NCBI GenBank assembly: GCA_963662465.1 | Contig: OY759599.1 | Location: 2,272,001 to 2,336,000 of the forward strand | DNA length: 64,000 nt | Direction of reading: 5' to 3' | Source of the DNA: Desulfatiglandales bacterium | GTDB lineage: Bacteria > Desulfobacterota > DSM-4660 > Desulfatiglandales > Desulfatiglandaceae | Shown here: positions 38,376 through 48,957 of the stretch, piece by piece | How the letters are laid out: the number at the start of each line of letters is the position of its first letter | Position numbering within the stretch: the stretch's first letter is position 1 | Made by a program: the position numbers and the translations under genes | Notes under the pieces: generated by a model | What the model was told of the DNA's origin: nothing | The model's database searches: none | What the model saw: only the letters and a program-made list of their open reading frames with translations

Positions 38376-38460
38376 CAAGGACCTTGTCGGCCATAAACCG
38401 GCAACGGTCCTTGAATTGCGGATGCCGGGCAAAAATGGAAATTTCTTCCTTTTTTGCCCG
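38376..38460. other. Two consecutive intergenic stem-loops
   Basis: caaggacc.ttgtcgg/ccggcaa.ggtccttg (38376-38413) and cgggcaaaaa.ggaa/ttcc.tttttgcccg (~38427-38460). Confidence 0.55.
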
Positions 38461-38516
38461 ACGTCTTTGACTCATCAGCTGTGGACGGAATCTGATTCCG
38501 GTGTAAAACCCAGCGG

Positions 38517-39167
38517 ATGTTCGAGGAAAAAATGGAAGATTTTGAAACATTGCTGGCCCGGTCCGTTCAACATCACGGTCACCTGTGTTCCGGACAAGTG
38601 ATAGGGGTTCGCATGGCCATGCTGGGATGCCGCTTGATCGGCATCGATGATCCCTATAAAGATATCAAAAAAATCATCGTATTTGTGGAAATTGATCGAT
38701 GCGCCAGTGATTCCATTGCCGTGGTAACGGGATGTAAACTGGGACGTCGGTCCCTGAAATTTATCGATAACGGCATTATGGCGGCCTCTTTTCTTAACCT
38801 GGAAACCTGTGACGCCTATCGCATCAGCGCCACGGAACGATCCCGCGATCTTGCCAGAAAATATGCCCCCCACATCAAAAACATTCGGGAAAGGCAGCTT
38901 CATGCCTATCGCATTATGCCCACCTCGGAGTTGTTCAAAATAGAAGAAGTTAAAATCGACCTTCAAAAACTGGACATGCCGGGACCCACCAAACGAAAGG
39001 CGGTATGCAGCCAGTGCGGGGAAACCGTCCGAGACGGAAAAGAGATCATCAGGGACGGCAGGGTTTACTGCAAGCCCTGTGCGGGCAATTCCTACTTTCT
39101 GCCCCAAAGAACCTGCGAAATCGAATCCGAATGGGACAACATGTCCACCATGAGAGAAATCATATGA
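38517..39167 (+). CDS. FmdE-family protein with C-terminal zinc finger
   Basis: HGHLCSGQVIG.RM, EIDRC..D....TGC.LG, and C..CGE...C..C. Confidence 0.88.
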   Translation: MFEEKMEDFETLLARSVQHHGHLCSGQVIGVRMAMLGCRLIGIDDPYKDIKKIIVFVEIDRCASDSIAVVTGCKLGRRSLKFIDNGIMAASFLNLETCDAYRISATERSRDLARKYAPHIKNIRERQLHAYRIMPTSELFKIEEVKIDLQKLDMPGPTKRKAVCSQCGETVRDGKEIIRDGRVYCKPCAGNSYFLPQRTCEIESEWDNMSTMREII

Positions 39168-40195
39168 TTGAAAAAGTACCGTTTTCCGAAATTGTCGGCT
39201 CGGAATTATCCCATGATGTCACCGAAATCAGGCCCGGCCAGTTTAAAGGCGCCGCCTTTAGAAAAGGCCATATTGTCAATGAATGCGATTGCGCCCATTT
39301 TAAACGGTTAGGCAAGGAAAATTTTTACAAAATATCCCTTGAAGAAGACGAATACCATGAAAATGAAGCGGCTGAAATTATGAGCCGCGCACTGTGCGGC
39401 GAAGGAGTGTCATGGTTCGAACCGCCCCACGAGGGTAAAATCGTTCTCCGGGCCAAACATGGAGGACTGCTTAAAATCAATGTGGAAGCCCTGGCCCGTT
39501 TCAACATGATCCACTCGGTCATGTGCGCCACCATCCACAGCAACAGTGTGGTGAAAAAGGGGGAAATTGTAGCCGCAACCCGGACCATACCGCTGGTGGT
39601 CAAGAAATCCATCATCCATGACGCGGCAAGGGTGGCCGAAGCGGTGGGAGGCATTGCCCATGTGAAACCGCTTCGCCGAGCACGCACCGGAATCGTGATC
39701 ACGGGCAATGAGGTCTTCAACGGCATCATCAAAGACCAGTTCGAGCCGATTTTGCGGAAAAAACTGGAATCCCTTGGGGCAGAGGTCATTCATGTTTGTT
39801 TTGCCCCCGACGACAAGGACGCCATCGCCGCCGGCGTCAAAGAATTATTGGGGCGGGGCGCGGACCTAATCATCACTTCAGGCGGCATGTCCGTAGACCC
39901 GGACGACGTCACCAAGGAAGGGGTCCGCGAGGCCGGCGCCGACCGATTGATCTATGGTTCCGCCGTGCTTCCCGGCGCCATGTTCATGGTAGCCTACATT
40001 GATAATGTGCCGGTTCTCGGCACCCCCGCATGCGGTCTTTTCCACAAGGTCACGGTGCTGGACTTGATCCTGCCGCGTGTATTGGCGGGAGATGTTGTGA
40101 CGGAAAAGGACATTGCCCTCTTAGGTCATGGCGGCCTCTGCATGAACTGCAAAACCTGCATCTATCCACGCTGCTCCTTTGGGAAAGGAACTTGA
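39164..40195 (+). CDS. Molybdopterin-binding (MoeA-like) protein
   Basis: HD.TEI.PG..KG.AF.KGH, ITGNEV, GGMSVDPDD.T, VLPGAM and GGLC..C..C.YP.C.FGKG; ATGA overlap with the FmdE gene. Confidence 0.88.
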   Translation: MIEKVPFSEIVGSELSHDVTEIRPGQFKGAAFRKGHIVNECDCAHFKRLGKENFYKISLEEDEYHENEAAEIMSRALCGEGVSWFEPPHEGKIVLRAKHGGLLKINVEALARFNMIHSVMCATIHSNSVVKKGEIVAATRTIPLVVKKSIIHDAARVAEAVGGIAHVKPLRRARTGIVITGNEVFNGIIKDQFEPILRKKLESLGAEVIHVCFAPDDKDAIAAGVKELLGRGADLIITSGGMSVDPDDVTKEGVREAGADRLIYGSAVLPGAMFMVAYIDNVPVLGTPACGLFHKVTVLDLILPRVLAGDVVTEKDIALLGHGGLCMNCKTCIYPRCSFGKGT

Positions 40196-40226
40196 CAAAG
40201 TACCATTCCCATTTCAAAAATTTACC

Positions 40227-40256
40227 GAAAGCCCCATTCATTGGGGCTTTCTTTTT
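40227..40256 (+). terminator. Rho-independent terminator
   Basis: gaaagcccca-ttcat-tggggctttc followed by a T run. Confidence 0.75.
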
Positions 40257-40407
40257 ATTGACTCACAAGACCGAACCCATTACATTAACCCTAATTAAAA
40301 AAAATGCCATTTGATGAAGATCTTTGCGGGGAAAGGGGGTGAAAAACGCATAGGGATCTTTCCGGCGTTTAACGGTTACTTTAAATTTGAATAAGGAGTA
40401 TTTGAAA

Positions 40408-41433
40408 ATGAAGAAATCATTTTTGTCTTGTATGTGTTTTGCCTTTGTTATCGCCTTGTCTCTTTGTTTATCTCCCATTCAATCTCAAGCTAAACCCATC
40501 ACCCTCACCTATAGTAATTTTTTCCCACCTACCCATATTCAGTCAAAACTGGCGGACCAATGGTGTAAAGAAGTTGAAAAAAGAACCAGTGGCCGAATCA
40601 AGGTTCAGTACTTTCCCGGCCAGACCCTGACCAAGGCCAAACAGAATTACGACGGCGTCGTACAGGGGATGTCGGATATCGGGTTCTGCCTATTTGGCTA
40701 TACCCGAGGTCGCTTTCCGGTTATGGAAGTGATAGACCTTCCCCTGGGCTACCCATCAGGAACTGTGGCCACAAAAGTGGCCAATGATGTTTATAATGAA
40801 TTCAAACCCAAAGAACTCCAGGACGTTGAAGTTATGTATGTCCATGCTCATGGGCCCGGACTGCTGTTTACCCGTAAAAAACCCGTAAAAACCATGGAAG
40901 ATCTCAAAGGCATGAAGATCAGATCCCACGGAACATCCGCCAAAGTTGTTCAGGCTCTTGGTGGAACCGCTGTCGCCATGCCCATGCCCGAACTTTACCA
41001 GTCTTTGCAAAAAGGCGTTGTTGAAGGGGGCATCTATCCCATTGAGGTGAACAAGGGGTGGAAAATGGCCGAGGTCGTTGATTTCTGCACCCTGGATTTA
41101 CCCATTGCCAACACGTCCTCTTTTTATGTGGTCATGAACAAGGACAAATGGAATTCAATTTCCGACGAAGACAAAGCCACCATCAAACAAATCAATCAGG
41201 AATGGATCAGCAAACACGGCAAAGCCTGGGATGAAAGCGACGCCGAAGGCAAGGCATTCCTCATCCAAAAAGGGGGAAAAGTGATTCCCCTTTCACCTGA
41301 AGAAGGAGAAAAATGGAAAAAAGCCGTCTCCCCGGTTCTGGATGAGTATGCGGAAGCGGTTCAGAAAAAAGGACTGCCCGGCAAGGAAATGGTCATTTTC
41401 ACACAGGAAGCCCTTAAAAAATACACAGACTGA
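40408..41433 (+). CDS. dctP: TRAP transporter substrate-binding protein
   Basis: Signal peptide; EVEKRT.GR, DLKGMKIR, E.YQSLQKGVV and VMNKDKW motifs. Confidence 0.92.
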   Translation: MKKSFLSCMCFAFVIALSLCLSPIQSQAKPITLTYSNFFPPTHIQSKLADQWCKEVEKRTSGRIKVQYFPGQTLTKAKQNYDGVVQGMSDIGFCLFGYTRGRFPVMEVIDLPLGYPSGTVATKVANDVYNEFKPKELQDVEVMYVHAHGPGLLFTRKKPVKTMEDLKGMKIRSHGTSAKVVQALGGTAVAMPMPELYQSLQKGVVEGGIYPIEVNKGWKMAEVVDFCTLDLPIANTSSFYVVMNKDKWNSISDEDKATIKQINQEWISKHGKAWDESDAEGKAFLIQKGGKVIPLSPEEGEKWKKAVSPVLDEYAEAVQKKGLPGKEMVIFTQEALKKYTD

Positions 41434-41446
41434 TCACCCTGGTTCT

Positions 41447-41472
41447 TCCCGCCCTTTTTCACGAGGGCGGGA
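41447..41472 (+). terminator. Intergenic stem-loop after dctP (attenuating or stabilising)
   Basis: tcccgccct-N8-agggcggga. Confidence 0.55.
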
Positions 41473-41512
41473 CTTTCACCTCTAAGAACCCAATACATAG
41501 GGGAGGCAATTC

Positions 41513-42001
41513 TTGGAAACCGTAAACCGTCTGATTTATAAACTGGTGGATTGGGTCAAATATCTGGGAGGCACGGCATTGGTAGGCATGATGACCATCA
41601 CCACATTGGATGTCATCACCCGCTATTTCGGACATCCCATTTTCGGCGCCGTGGAGATTGTCAGTTTCATGGCCACCATTTTGCTGGCCTGCGCCATGCC
41701 CATGACCCATGTGGAAAACGGACACGTGGGCGTGGATCTGGTGGTTCGTTTGCTCGGCCCCCGAACCCAGGCGCTCATTGACGCCATCACCGGATTGCTG
41801 TCATTGACGTTGTTTGCTCTGATCTGCTGGCAGAGCTTACTGTATGCACAATCCATGAAAAAAACCGGCGAAGTCTCCATGAGCCTTGAGTTTCCCAGCT
41901 ACATTTTTGTTTATGTGGTTGCCGTGGCCTTTGGCGCGCTGGGGTTGGCCGTTATCCCCCAACTTTCAAACAACCTTCGAACACTTTTCGGGAAAAAATG
42001 A
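41513..42001 (+). CDS. dctQ: TRAP transporter small permease
   Basis: DVITRY, GAVEI and GHV.VD motifs; 4 TM helices. Confidence 0.9.
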   Translation: METVNRLIYKLVDWVKYLGGTALVGMMTITTLDVITRYFGHPIFGAVEIVSFMATILLACAMPMTHVENGHVGVDLVVRLLGPRTQALIDAITGLLSLTLFALICWQSLLYAQSMKKTGEVSMSLEFPSYIFVYVVAVAFGALGLAVIPQLSNNLRTLFGKK

Positions 42002-43299
42002 ATCCTACACTGGTTGGCGTTATCGGAATTTTGGTATTGATACTGGTATTCTTCACACGAATGCCGGTTGCTTATGTCATGACCATGGTGGGCTACGTGG
42101 GCTTCAGTTTTCTGGTTTCCGGTTCTGCCGGGCTGAAGCTTCTGGCCCGGGACTTCTATGAAGTCTATTCCTCCTATGGTCTCACCATTATCCCCATGTT
42201 CGTTTTCATGGGCCAGATCGCATTCAATGCCGGCATCAGTCGGAAGCTTTATGACTCGGCTTATCATTTTGTGGGCTCCTACCGCGGCGGCCTGGCCACG
42301 GCCACCGTTTGCGCCTGTACCGCCTTCGGCGCAGTCAGTGGATCAAGCCCGGCAACAGCCGCCACCATGGCAACGGTGGGACTGCCGGAAATGAAACGGT
42401 ACAAATACGCGCCCGAGCTTTCCTGCGGTTCTGTTGCCAGCGGTGGGGGCTTAGGCATGCTCATGCCCCCCAGCGTGGTCCTGATTGTCTATGGTATTCT
42501 GACGGAACAGTCCATCGGAGCGCTGTTTGTGGCCGGCATTATTCCAGCACTGTTCATCACCCTCTGTTTTGCGGTGGCCATATCCGTCTATTGCTGGAAA
42601 TATCCGCTCCAGGGTCCTGCCGGCGATAAATTTACGTGGGGAGAGAAAATCCGCTCACTAAGTAAAATCGGCGAAACCCTGGTGGTCTTCCTCCTGGTCA
42701 TGGGCGGCCTGTTTACCGGGATTTTTACCCCCACCGAAGCCGGCGGGATCGGATCGGCGGCGGTCCTGTTGGTGGCGGTCCTGCGCAAACAGCTTTCCTG
42801 GAAAGGTTTTGTCAAATCCATCAATGAAACCCTGCGCACCTCCTGTATGGTGCTGCTGCTCATTGCCGGCGCCACCATTTTCGGGCATTTTCTGGCCATC
42901 AGCCGTATTCCCTTCAATGTGGCCAGTTGGGTGGCCGGACTCAACATGCCCGCTTTTGCGGTAGTCATCGTGATCATGCTGGTGTATCTCATCGGGGGAT
43001 GCTTTATCGACGCTCTGGCCCTCATTATGCTAACCATTCCCATCTTTTATCCCATTATCATCAATCTGGGCTATGATCCCATATGGTTCGGGATCATTAT
43101 CGTTCTGGTGACCCAGATGGGCGTCATCACACCGCCGGTGGGCATCAACGTGTATGTGGTGGCGGGGATAGCCAAAGATGTTCGGCTGGAAACTATTTTC
43201 AAAGGGGTACTCCCCTTTTTGATTGCTCTAATTTTCGGAACCCTTTTCCTGATCGCGGTTCCTCAGATCACGCTCTGGTTGCCCAGAATGATGTATTAA
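41998..43299 (+). CDS. dctM: TRAP transporter large permease
   Basis: IPMF..MG, FGAVSGSS.AT, LMPPS, FTPTEAG, DPIWFG and ITPPVG motifs. Confidence 0.93.
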   Translation: MNPTLVGVIGILVLILVFFTRMPVAYVMTMVGYVGFSFLVSGSAGLKLLARDFYEVYSSYGLTIIPMFVFMGQIAFNAGISRKLYDSAYHFVGSYRGGLATATVCACTAFGAVSGSSPATAATMATVGLPEMKRYKYAPELSCGSVASGGGLGMLMPPSVVLIVYGILTEQSIGALFVAGIIPALFITLCFAVAISVYCWKYPLQGPAGDKFTWGEKIRSLSKIGETLVVFLLVMGGLFTGIFTPTEAGGIGSAAVLLVAVLRKQLSWKGFVKSINETLRTSCMVLLLIAGATIFGHFLAISRIPFNVASWVAGLNMPAFAVVIVIMLVYLIGGCFIDALALIMLTIPIFYPIIINLGYDPIWFGIIIVLVTQMGVITPPVGINVYVVAGIAKDVRLETIFKGVLPFLIALIFGTLFLIAVPQITLWLPRMMY

Positions 43300-43324
43300 C
43301 CCTGAAACCCTTTAGGAGGATTTT

Positions 43325-44662
43325 TTGATTGTGGAAACCCCTTACTGGAATCCTTATCTCGAAACCCTTGACCCGGAAGTGCTCAAGGAAATTCAACTGA
43401 AAAAATTCCAGAATATTGTCTCCTGGGCTTTTGAACGTTCACCCTATTATAGAGAAATCTACAGCCAAGCAGGACTTGAACCGGGGGACATACAGTCATG
43501 GGAGGACGTCTCAAAAGTCCCCAAAATGGACAAGGCCCGACTCAAAGAGGGACAGGCAGGCGATCCTTTTCCCTACGGCCGGCTGCTCTGCCAGCCCCTT
43601 GAAGAAATCACCGAATTTCGTCAAACTTCCGGAACCACGGGAAAGCCGGTTTACCAGGCGGATTCCTGGGCCGACTGGGAATGGTGGTCGGAATCCTGGT
43701 GCTACATTCTCTGGTCCCAGGGATACCGTGCAAGTGACCGGGTTTTCTTTCCTTTTGGATACAACGTGTTCGTGGCCTTCTGGGCGGCCCATTACGCCGC
43801 CGAGAAACTGGGGTGTGAAGTGGTGCCGGGGGGTGTTCTGGATACGGCCTCCCGAGTCCTTAAAATACAGGAGCTCCAAACCACGGCCATGATGGGCACC
43901 CCTACCTACCTGCTCAATATGGCGGATGTAGCGCTGAACCGTTTGGGCATAGATCCGGTAACCCTGCCCATTAAACGCATTACCTGCGCCGGAGAGCCGG
44001 GGGCCTCCATTCCCGCCACCAAGAAAAGGCTGGAGGATGCCTGGGGAGCCAAAGTATTCGACCATGCGGGAGCCACCGAAATCGGCGCATGGAGCTATGA
44101 ATGCAGCGAACAACCCGGCGGTCTTCACGTAAACGAAGGCCTGTTTCTCGTGGAAATTGAAGACGTGGACACGGGCGTTTTGATTACGGAACCCGGCAAA
44201 AAAGGAAAGATGATCATCAGCGCATTTGATCGATTTGCCCAACCCTGTATCCGTTTCGATTCCAAAGATATCATCGAATGGCAAAAAGAGTCCTGCCCCT
44301 GCGGGCGAACCTACCGGCTCATCAAGGGGGGGGTTCAAGGTCGCGCCGACGATATCACGAAAGTCAAAGGCGTGCTGCTGTCGCCTTCGGCCATTGAAGA
44401 GGTGGTCAGAGGATTCTCCGAGCTTTCCGATGAATATGAAGTTATTGTGGAACGGATCGGCGACAATGAGAAAATCACCCTGAAGATTGAGTTGGTTTCA
44501 GGCGCCGAATCCAGCGAAAAAGAGATCCTGGCCCGTCTGTCCAACGCCCTCAGGTTAAACACCAACCTGGGGTATATCATCGAGGTTCATCCCCAGGGCA
44601 CACTTCCACGGTATGAAGTCAAAGCCCGGAGATTCAAAGACCTGAGGAAGATTCACGGATAA
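43325..44662 (+). CDS. Phenylacetate-CoA ligase family protein (PaaK/PadJ-like)
   Basis: QTSGTTGKP, GTPTY, AGEPG, AGATE, CPCGRT...GR.DD..KVKGV and LPR.E.KARR motifs. Confidence 0.88.
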   Translation: MIVETPYWNPYLETLDPEVLKEIQLKKFQNIVSWAFERSPYYREIYSQAGLEPGDIQSWEDVSKVPKMDKARLKEGQAGDPFPYGRLLCQPLEEITEFRQTSGTTGKPVYQADSWADWEWWSESWCYILWSQGYRASDRVFFPFGYNVFVAFWAAHYAAEKLGCEVVPGGVLDTASRVLKIQELQTTAMMGTPTYLLNMADVALNRLGIDPVTLPIKRITCAGEPGASIPATKKRLEDAWGAKVFDHAGATEIGAWSYECSEQPGGLHVNEGLFLVEIEDVDTGVLITEPGKKGKMIISAFDRFAQPCIRFDSKDIIEWQKESCPCGRTYRLIKGGVQGRADDITKVKGVLLSPSAIEEVVRGFSELSDEYEVIVERIGDNEKITLKIELVSGAESSEKEILARLSNALRLNTNLGYIIEVHPQGTLPRYEVKARRFKDLRKIHG

Positions 44663-44676
44663 AAAAAGGAAATGCA

Positions 44677-44865
44677 TTGGAAACAGAAAAAGTGAACAAA
44701 ATTCGACGGAGCATGGAAAACCTCGCAAAGGATGCTGAAATTCTTGCATCCGAGGCGAATGGTTTTCCAGCGATTCTACAAAATACCCAGCGATTAAAGG
44801 CATGCATCCGCATGATGAAAATCAGTCTGGGAGAGATCAGCATGACGCCAAAAAAGATCTCTTGA
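44677..44865 (+). CDS. Small hypothetical helical protein
   Basis: 62-aa ORF directly after the ligase with an AAGGA RBS; GFPAI..N..R..A.I.M pattern. Confidence 0.5.
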   Translation: METEKVNKIRRSMENLAKDAEILASEANGFPAILQNTQRLKACIRMMKISLGEISMTPKKIS

Positions 44866-44880
44866 GTCGCAAAAAGTTGT

Positions 44881-46764
44881 TTAAAAATCCTTAAAATCAT
44901 CATCATCATCCAAGGGGAGTACTTTCATGGGATCGGGTTGGGTTGCTTTTCGGGGAAGCAACTTTCGGCTCCCCTTGGAATGGGTTGGCCTTTGCGCAGT
45001 AACCGTTCTATGGGCAGTCGCCAAAGGCGGTTCGTCATCATTTTTTCCCCCTTTTCCACTAATTAGCGTTGACAACTCACGCACCGTTGCTTTCATCTCA
45101 AGGGATTGGGCACTCATTTCTTCAGAAGCCGATGCGGATTCCTCGGCATTGGCCGCCACCTGCTGAACCACCTTATCCATTTCGGAAACCGCCCGGTTGA
45201 TCTGCTCAATCCCCTGGGCCTGTTCATCGGATGCGGCGGCAATTTCACTCACAAGCTCTCCCACTTTAACGGAACTTTGATTTAACTGAGCAAAGGCATC
45301 GCTGGTCCGGCTCACAAAACCCGAGCCGTCATGCACCTTTTTCACCGTGCCTTCAATCAACACCGCCGTATTCTTAGCCGCTTCGGCGGCACGCATGGCC
45401 AGGTTTCGCACTTCGTCGGCCACCACGGCAAATCCGGCCCCGGCCTCCCCCGCTCTTGCCGCTTCCACCGCAGCATTCAAGGCCAGCAGATTGGTTTGAA
45501 ACGCAATCTCATCAATGGTCTTGATGATCTTGGACGTTTCCTCGCTGGCATTGGAGATATCCGCCATAGATACGGTCAACTGTTCCATGGCGTCATTGGC
45601 CTGTTTTCCAAAATCACCCACTTCTTTCATCAAGCTATCCGCTTGCCGGGCATTACCCGCATTCTGCTTAGTCATGGAAGACATTTCTTCCATGGAAGAA
45701 GAGGTCTCCTCGATGGCTGCTGCCTGCTCCCCAGCCCCTTCCGCCAAAGACTGGCTTGAAGCAGACACCTGGTCGGCCCCGGCGGCCACCTGTTCCGATC
45801 CCTGCTTCAGCCCGTTCACAATTCGATTGATGGGTTTCACAATGGACTGCACCAGCAATAAAATGACGATTGCGGCAAGCAACACTACGCCCAGGGCAAC
45901 TCCCAAGTTCCAATAGCTGAGATTTCTCACCGACACCAATATTTCAGCGGTGTTGGCTGAAATACCCAGAGTCCACCCCACCTCCGGGATCGTCCTGAAA
46001 ACGACCATTTTGTCAAGGCCCTTGTCTTCATACTCGATAAGGCCATTACCCTGGGCTAACATTCTTTTTCCAAAATCAAAATCATTCATGTTGAGTTTCA
46101 GAATATTGCTTTTATCCGGGTGGCAAATCAGGAATCCGCTTTTTTCGTAGATATAGGCATAGCCCGTTTTGCCGATCTTAATGGGATCAACGAACAGATG
46201 GGTAAAGGAATTCAAATCTACAACACCGAAAAGGACCCCCGTTACCTGGTCTTTCTCCTTGATGGGAGCGGAAACAACAAAAACGGGATTGCCGGTCCCC
46301 TTGCTTTTCATAACCTTGGAAATATAGACTTTTCCTTCCATGGACGCCGTAAAATAGGCCCGATCTTTCACGTTTATTTTATTGATAATTTTTTCGTTGG
46401 AAGCTGAAACAAGCTCACCCGATGTGTCGGCAACACAAATATCCTCATAATACTGATAGTCGGCCTTAACCTTTGCCAATTCGGAGTCGGCTGATTTTCG
46501 TGCCGCCTTACCGATAAAGGAGTCTTTTACCGCCGTCATGTACATCTTCTGGCGGCTCCAGTTGGACACATTGAGTTTTTGATCTTTGATCCATGCATCG
46601 ATCACCTTCCGCGTCGAATCCGCTATCTGTTCAAGCCGCGAAACAATCTCTTGTTCAAGAGCGTTCTTTGCCTTAATGTAAGACACGACCGTGGAGGTTC
46701 CCATGCCGAGGATAATCAGCAAAAGCATGGGAAACAAAAACTTGTTTCTCAAATTCATTTTCAT
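44881..46764 (-). CDS. Methyl-accepting chemotaxis protein with periplasmic dCache domain
   Basis: TM-Cache-TM layout; [38 protein letters not shown]-terminal pentapeptide DFKDF. Confidence 0.95.
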   Translation of the reverse strand: MKMNLRNKFLFPMLLLIILGMGTSTVVSYIKAKNALEQEIVSRLEQIADSTRKVIDAWIKDQKLNVSNWSRQKMYMTAVKDSFIGKAARKSADSELAKVKADYQYYEDICVADTSGELVSASNEKIINKINVKDRAYFTASMEGKVYISKVMKSKGTGNPVFVVSAPIKEKDQVTGVLFGVVDLNSFTHLFVDPIKIGKTGYAYIYEKSGFLICHPDKSNILKLNMNDFDFGKRMLAQGNGLIEYEDKGLDKMVVFRTIPEVGWTLGISANTAEILVSVRNLSYWNLGVALGVVLLAAIVILLLVQSIVKPINRIVNGLKQGSEQVAAGADQVSASSQSLAEGAGEQAAAIEETSSSMEEMSSMTKQNAGNARQADSLMKEVGDFGKQANDAMEQLTVSMADISNASEETSKIIKTIDEIAFQTNLLALNAAVEAARAGEAGAGFAVVADEVRNLAMRAAEAAKNTAVLIEGTVKKVHDGSGFVSRTSDAFAQLNQSSVKVGELVSEIAAASDEQAQGIEQINRAVSEMDKVVQQVAANAEESASASEEMSAQSLEMKATVRELSTLISGKGGKNDDEPPLATAHRTVTAQRPTHSKGSRKLLPRKATQPDPMKVLPLDDDDDFKDF

Positions 46765-46855
46765 TGGAATGCCTCATTTCTTTTTGTAAAGATAAAGAAA
46801 ATTATCTGTCAAACACCGTTTTTTTGACTTTTTGGGAATGGAAAAAAATAATGCC

Positions 46856-48511
46856 CTAACGCTTATCCAGATCCAGAATCCGTCTTATCTTTTGGGACAT
46901 TCGGATCAAATCAAACGGCTTCTGGATAAAATCATTACATCCTCGATCCAAAATTTCCTGCGCCTGACCTCTAAGGCCATAGCCGCTCGACAACAGCACC
47001 CTTACATCAGGGTTAATCTCCTTCAAGCTGTCATAAACAACGCCCCCTCCCATGTCCGGCATGACCATGTCAAGAATAACCAACTGAACATCCTCTTTAT
47101 TTTCCCGGTAAACCGCTATGGCATCCTTGCCGCTTGCAGCAACGAAAACATGGTATCCCAAATTCGCCAGCAGTTCTTTGGCGGTCTCAATGATCAACGC
47201 CTCATCATCCACCAAAAGAATTACCTCGTCGCCTTTCAATAACGCTTCCGCAGACTCTTTCTCTTTCGTGATTTGTTTTCCGGATGTGGGCAGATACAAA
47301 TCAAAGGTTGTCCCGTGACCTTTTTCACTGTAAACGTTGATAGCCCCCCCGTGGTTTTTGATGATGCCGTAAGCCGTCGCCAAACCCAGGCCCGAACCGC
47401 GGCCCATCCCCTTTGTGGTGAAAAACGGTTCAAAGATCCGCCTCAGTGTTGCCCTGTCCATCCCCACGCCCGTATCCGTAATGGATATTTTCACGTAACG
47501 ACCGGGGCTAATGTCATAGGGCCGTGCATAGGCCTCTTCAAGGGCGACGGTTTCAGTGCAAAGATACAAATCCCCACCATCAGGCATGGCGTGCCAGGCA
47601 TTCAAATAAATATTCAGCAACACCTGCTCAATCTGCCTTCGATCCATATCAACCGTCTGGATATTCTGCTGGTACTTTCGGTGAATTCTAATTTCCTTTC
47701 GGGTACGGCCAAACAAATCGGCGCTTTTTTCAACAATTTTATTTGCATCCTCGGGCTTCACCTCGTACTTCCCGCCTCTGGCAAAACCGAGCAGTTGTTT
47801 GGAAAGAGTGGCTGCGCTTCTCACATACCCTTCTATTTCTTTTAAATGCCCACAAAAAGGATGATCTGAGTTAATTCCCATGAGCATCAGGGAGACCCGT
47901 CCCTGAATTCCCATCAAAAGATTATTGAAATCATGCGCAACCCCACCTGCCAGAGTACCGATGGCTTTCATTTTCTGTGCCTGCCAGAACTGGGTTTCCA
48001 ATCGCTTTCTTTCGGAGATATCCCGAATGACCACCAGCATTCCCGAAGGGTTCCCTTCATGGTCGTTATAACGCGATGCACTCAGGCTGACGTCTATCAC
48101 TTCCCCATCCTTTGTGAGCCGTTTGGTCTCATAACCGTGGCACATTGTCCCTTCCTTGATGAGATCATCAATAATGACCATGGTCGTGGCCATTTCGGAT
48201 TCCGGAACAAAGGGAACCCGCTTTCCCTCCAATTCCGCTTGGCGCCATCCGAATATCTCCGTAAAGGAAGGACTTACATATTGACAGAGCCCCTTCATGT
48301 CGTAGATGACGATGGCATCCGCCGAAGAATGAATCAGGGAACGATAAACCTCTTCATTCCTTCTGGAGTTCTCGTACAGGCGTTTATACTGCTCCTTGCT
48401 CATCTTAAGGGCCTCTTCCGCCCGATCCTGGATATCCTCCAGGGTGAAGATGTATTCTTGAAGTTTTCGCCTCCCGGTCTCGTCCTGTTCCACCGTTTCG
48501 TCTCCCTCCAA
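46856..48511 (-). CDS. Cytoplasmic PAS hybrid histidine kinase / receiver
   Basis: PAS, AHDFNNLL H-box, PFFTTK..G.G.GLGL, and receiver ILLVDDE...LDMVMP...KPF. Confidence 0.93.
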   Translation of the reverse strand: MEGDETVEQDETGRRKLQEYIFTLEDIQDRAEEALKMSKEQYKRLYENSRRNEEVYRSLIHSSADAIVIYDMKGLCQYVSPSFTEIFGWRQAELEGKRVPFVPESEMATTMVIIDDLIKEGTMCHGYETKRLTKDGEVIDVSLSASRYNDHEGNPSGMLVVIRDISERKRLETQFWQAQKMKAIGTLAGGVAHDFNNLLMGIQGRVSLMLMGINSDHPFCGHLKEIEGYVRSAATLSKQLLGFARGGKYEVKPEDANKIVEKSADLFGRTRKEIRIHRKYQQNIQTVDMDRRQIEQVLLNIYLNAWHAMPDGGDLYLCTETVALEEAYARPYDISPGRYVKISITDTGVGMDRATLRRIFEPFFTTKGMGRGSGLGLATAYGIIKNHGGAINVYSEKGHGTTFDLYLPTSGKQITKEKESAEALLKGDEVILLVDDEALIIETAKELLANLGYHVFVAASGKDAIAVYRENKEDVQLVILDMVMPDMGGGVVYDSLKEINPDVRVLLSSGYGLRGQAQEILDRGCNDFIQKPFDLIRMSQKIRRILDLDKR

Positions 48512-48513
48512 AG

Positions 48514-48885
48514 TTATTTCTCGTACGCCCTTATCTCTCCTAAGATGTCGGGAAAGCTGATCGGTTTGCAGAGATACCGGTCCGCGCCTGCTTTAAGGCC
48601 CACCTTGATCTCATTGGCCTGAGCCTTTGCCGAAAGTATGATTACGGGAATATGTTTCGTTTCGGTATTTGATTTGATCCTCTTACATACTTCGATGCCA
48701 TTCAATTTGGGCAATTTTACATCCAATAAAATGATATCGGGTCGCTCTGAAGAGACCTGACTGAGCGCCTCCTCGCCATCCGCGGCGGTATACACCGAGT
48801 AGCCCAGCTTGCTTAGTTTTCGCTGCAAGTAAGCATAAATAGGCTCTTCATCATCCACCACAAGAATCTTTTTGATTCTCGCCAC
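48514..48885 (-). CDS. Single-domain response regulator
   Basis: ILVVDDE, LLDVKLP.LNG, ILSA and KP motifs. Confidence 0.92.
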   Translation of the reverse strand: MARIKKILVVDDEEPIYAYLQRKLSKLGYSVYTAADGEEALSQVSSERPDIILLDVKLPKLNGIEVCKRIKSNTETKHIPVIILSAKAQANEIKVGLKAGADRYLCKPISFPDILGEIRAYEK

Positions 48886-48932
48886 AAGTTCCTCCTTCTG
48901 AAACCCCTCATATTTAAAGCGGCAAGCCGCGG

Positions 48933-48957
48933 TTTTAAATTTTAAGTTTTAAGTTTT
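48933..48957. repeat. Heptamer tandem repeat (TTTTAAG-like), about 3.5 copies
   Basis: ttttaaa ttttaag ttttaag tttt overlapping the kinase stop codon. Confidence 0.7.
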
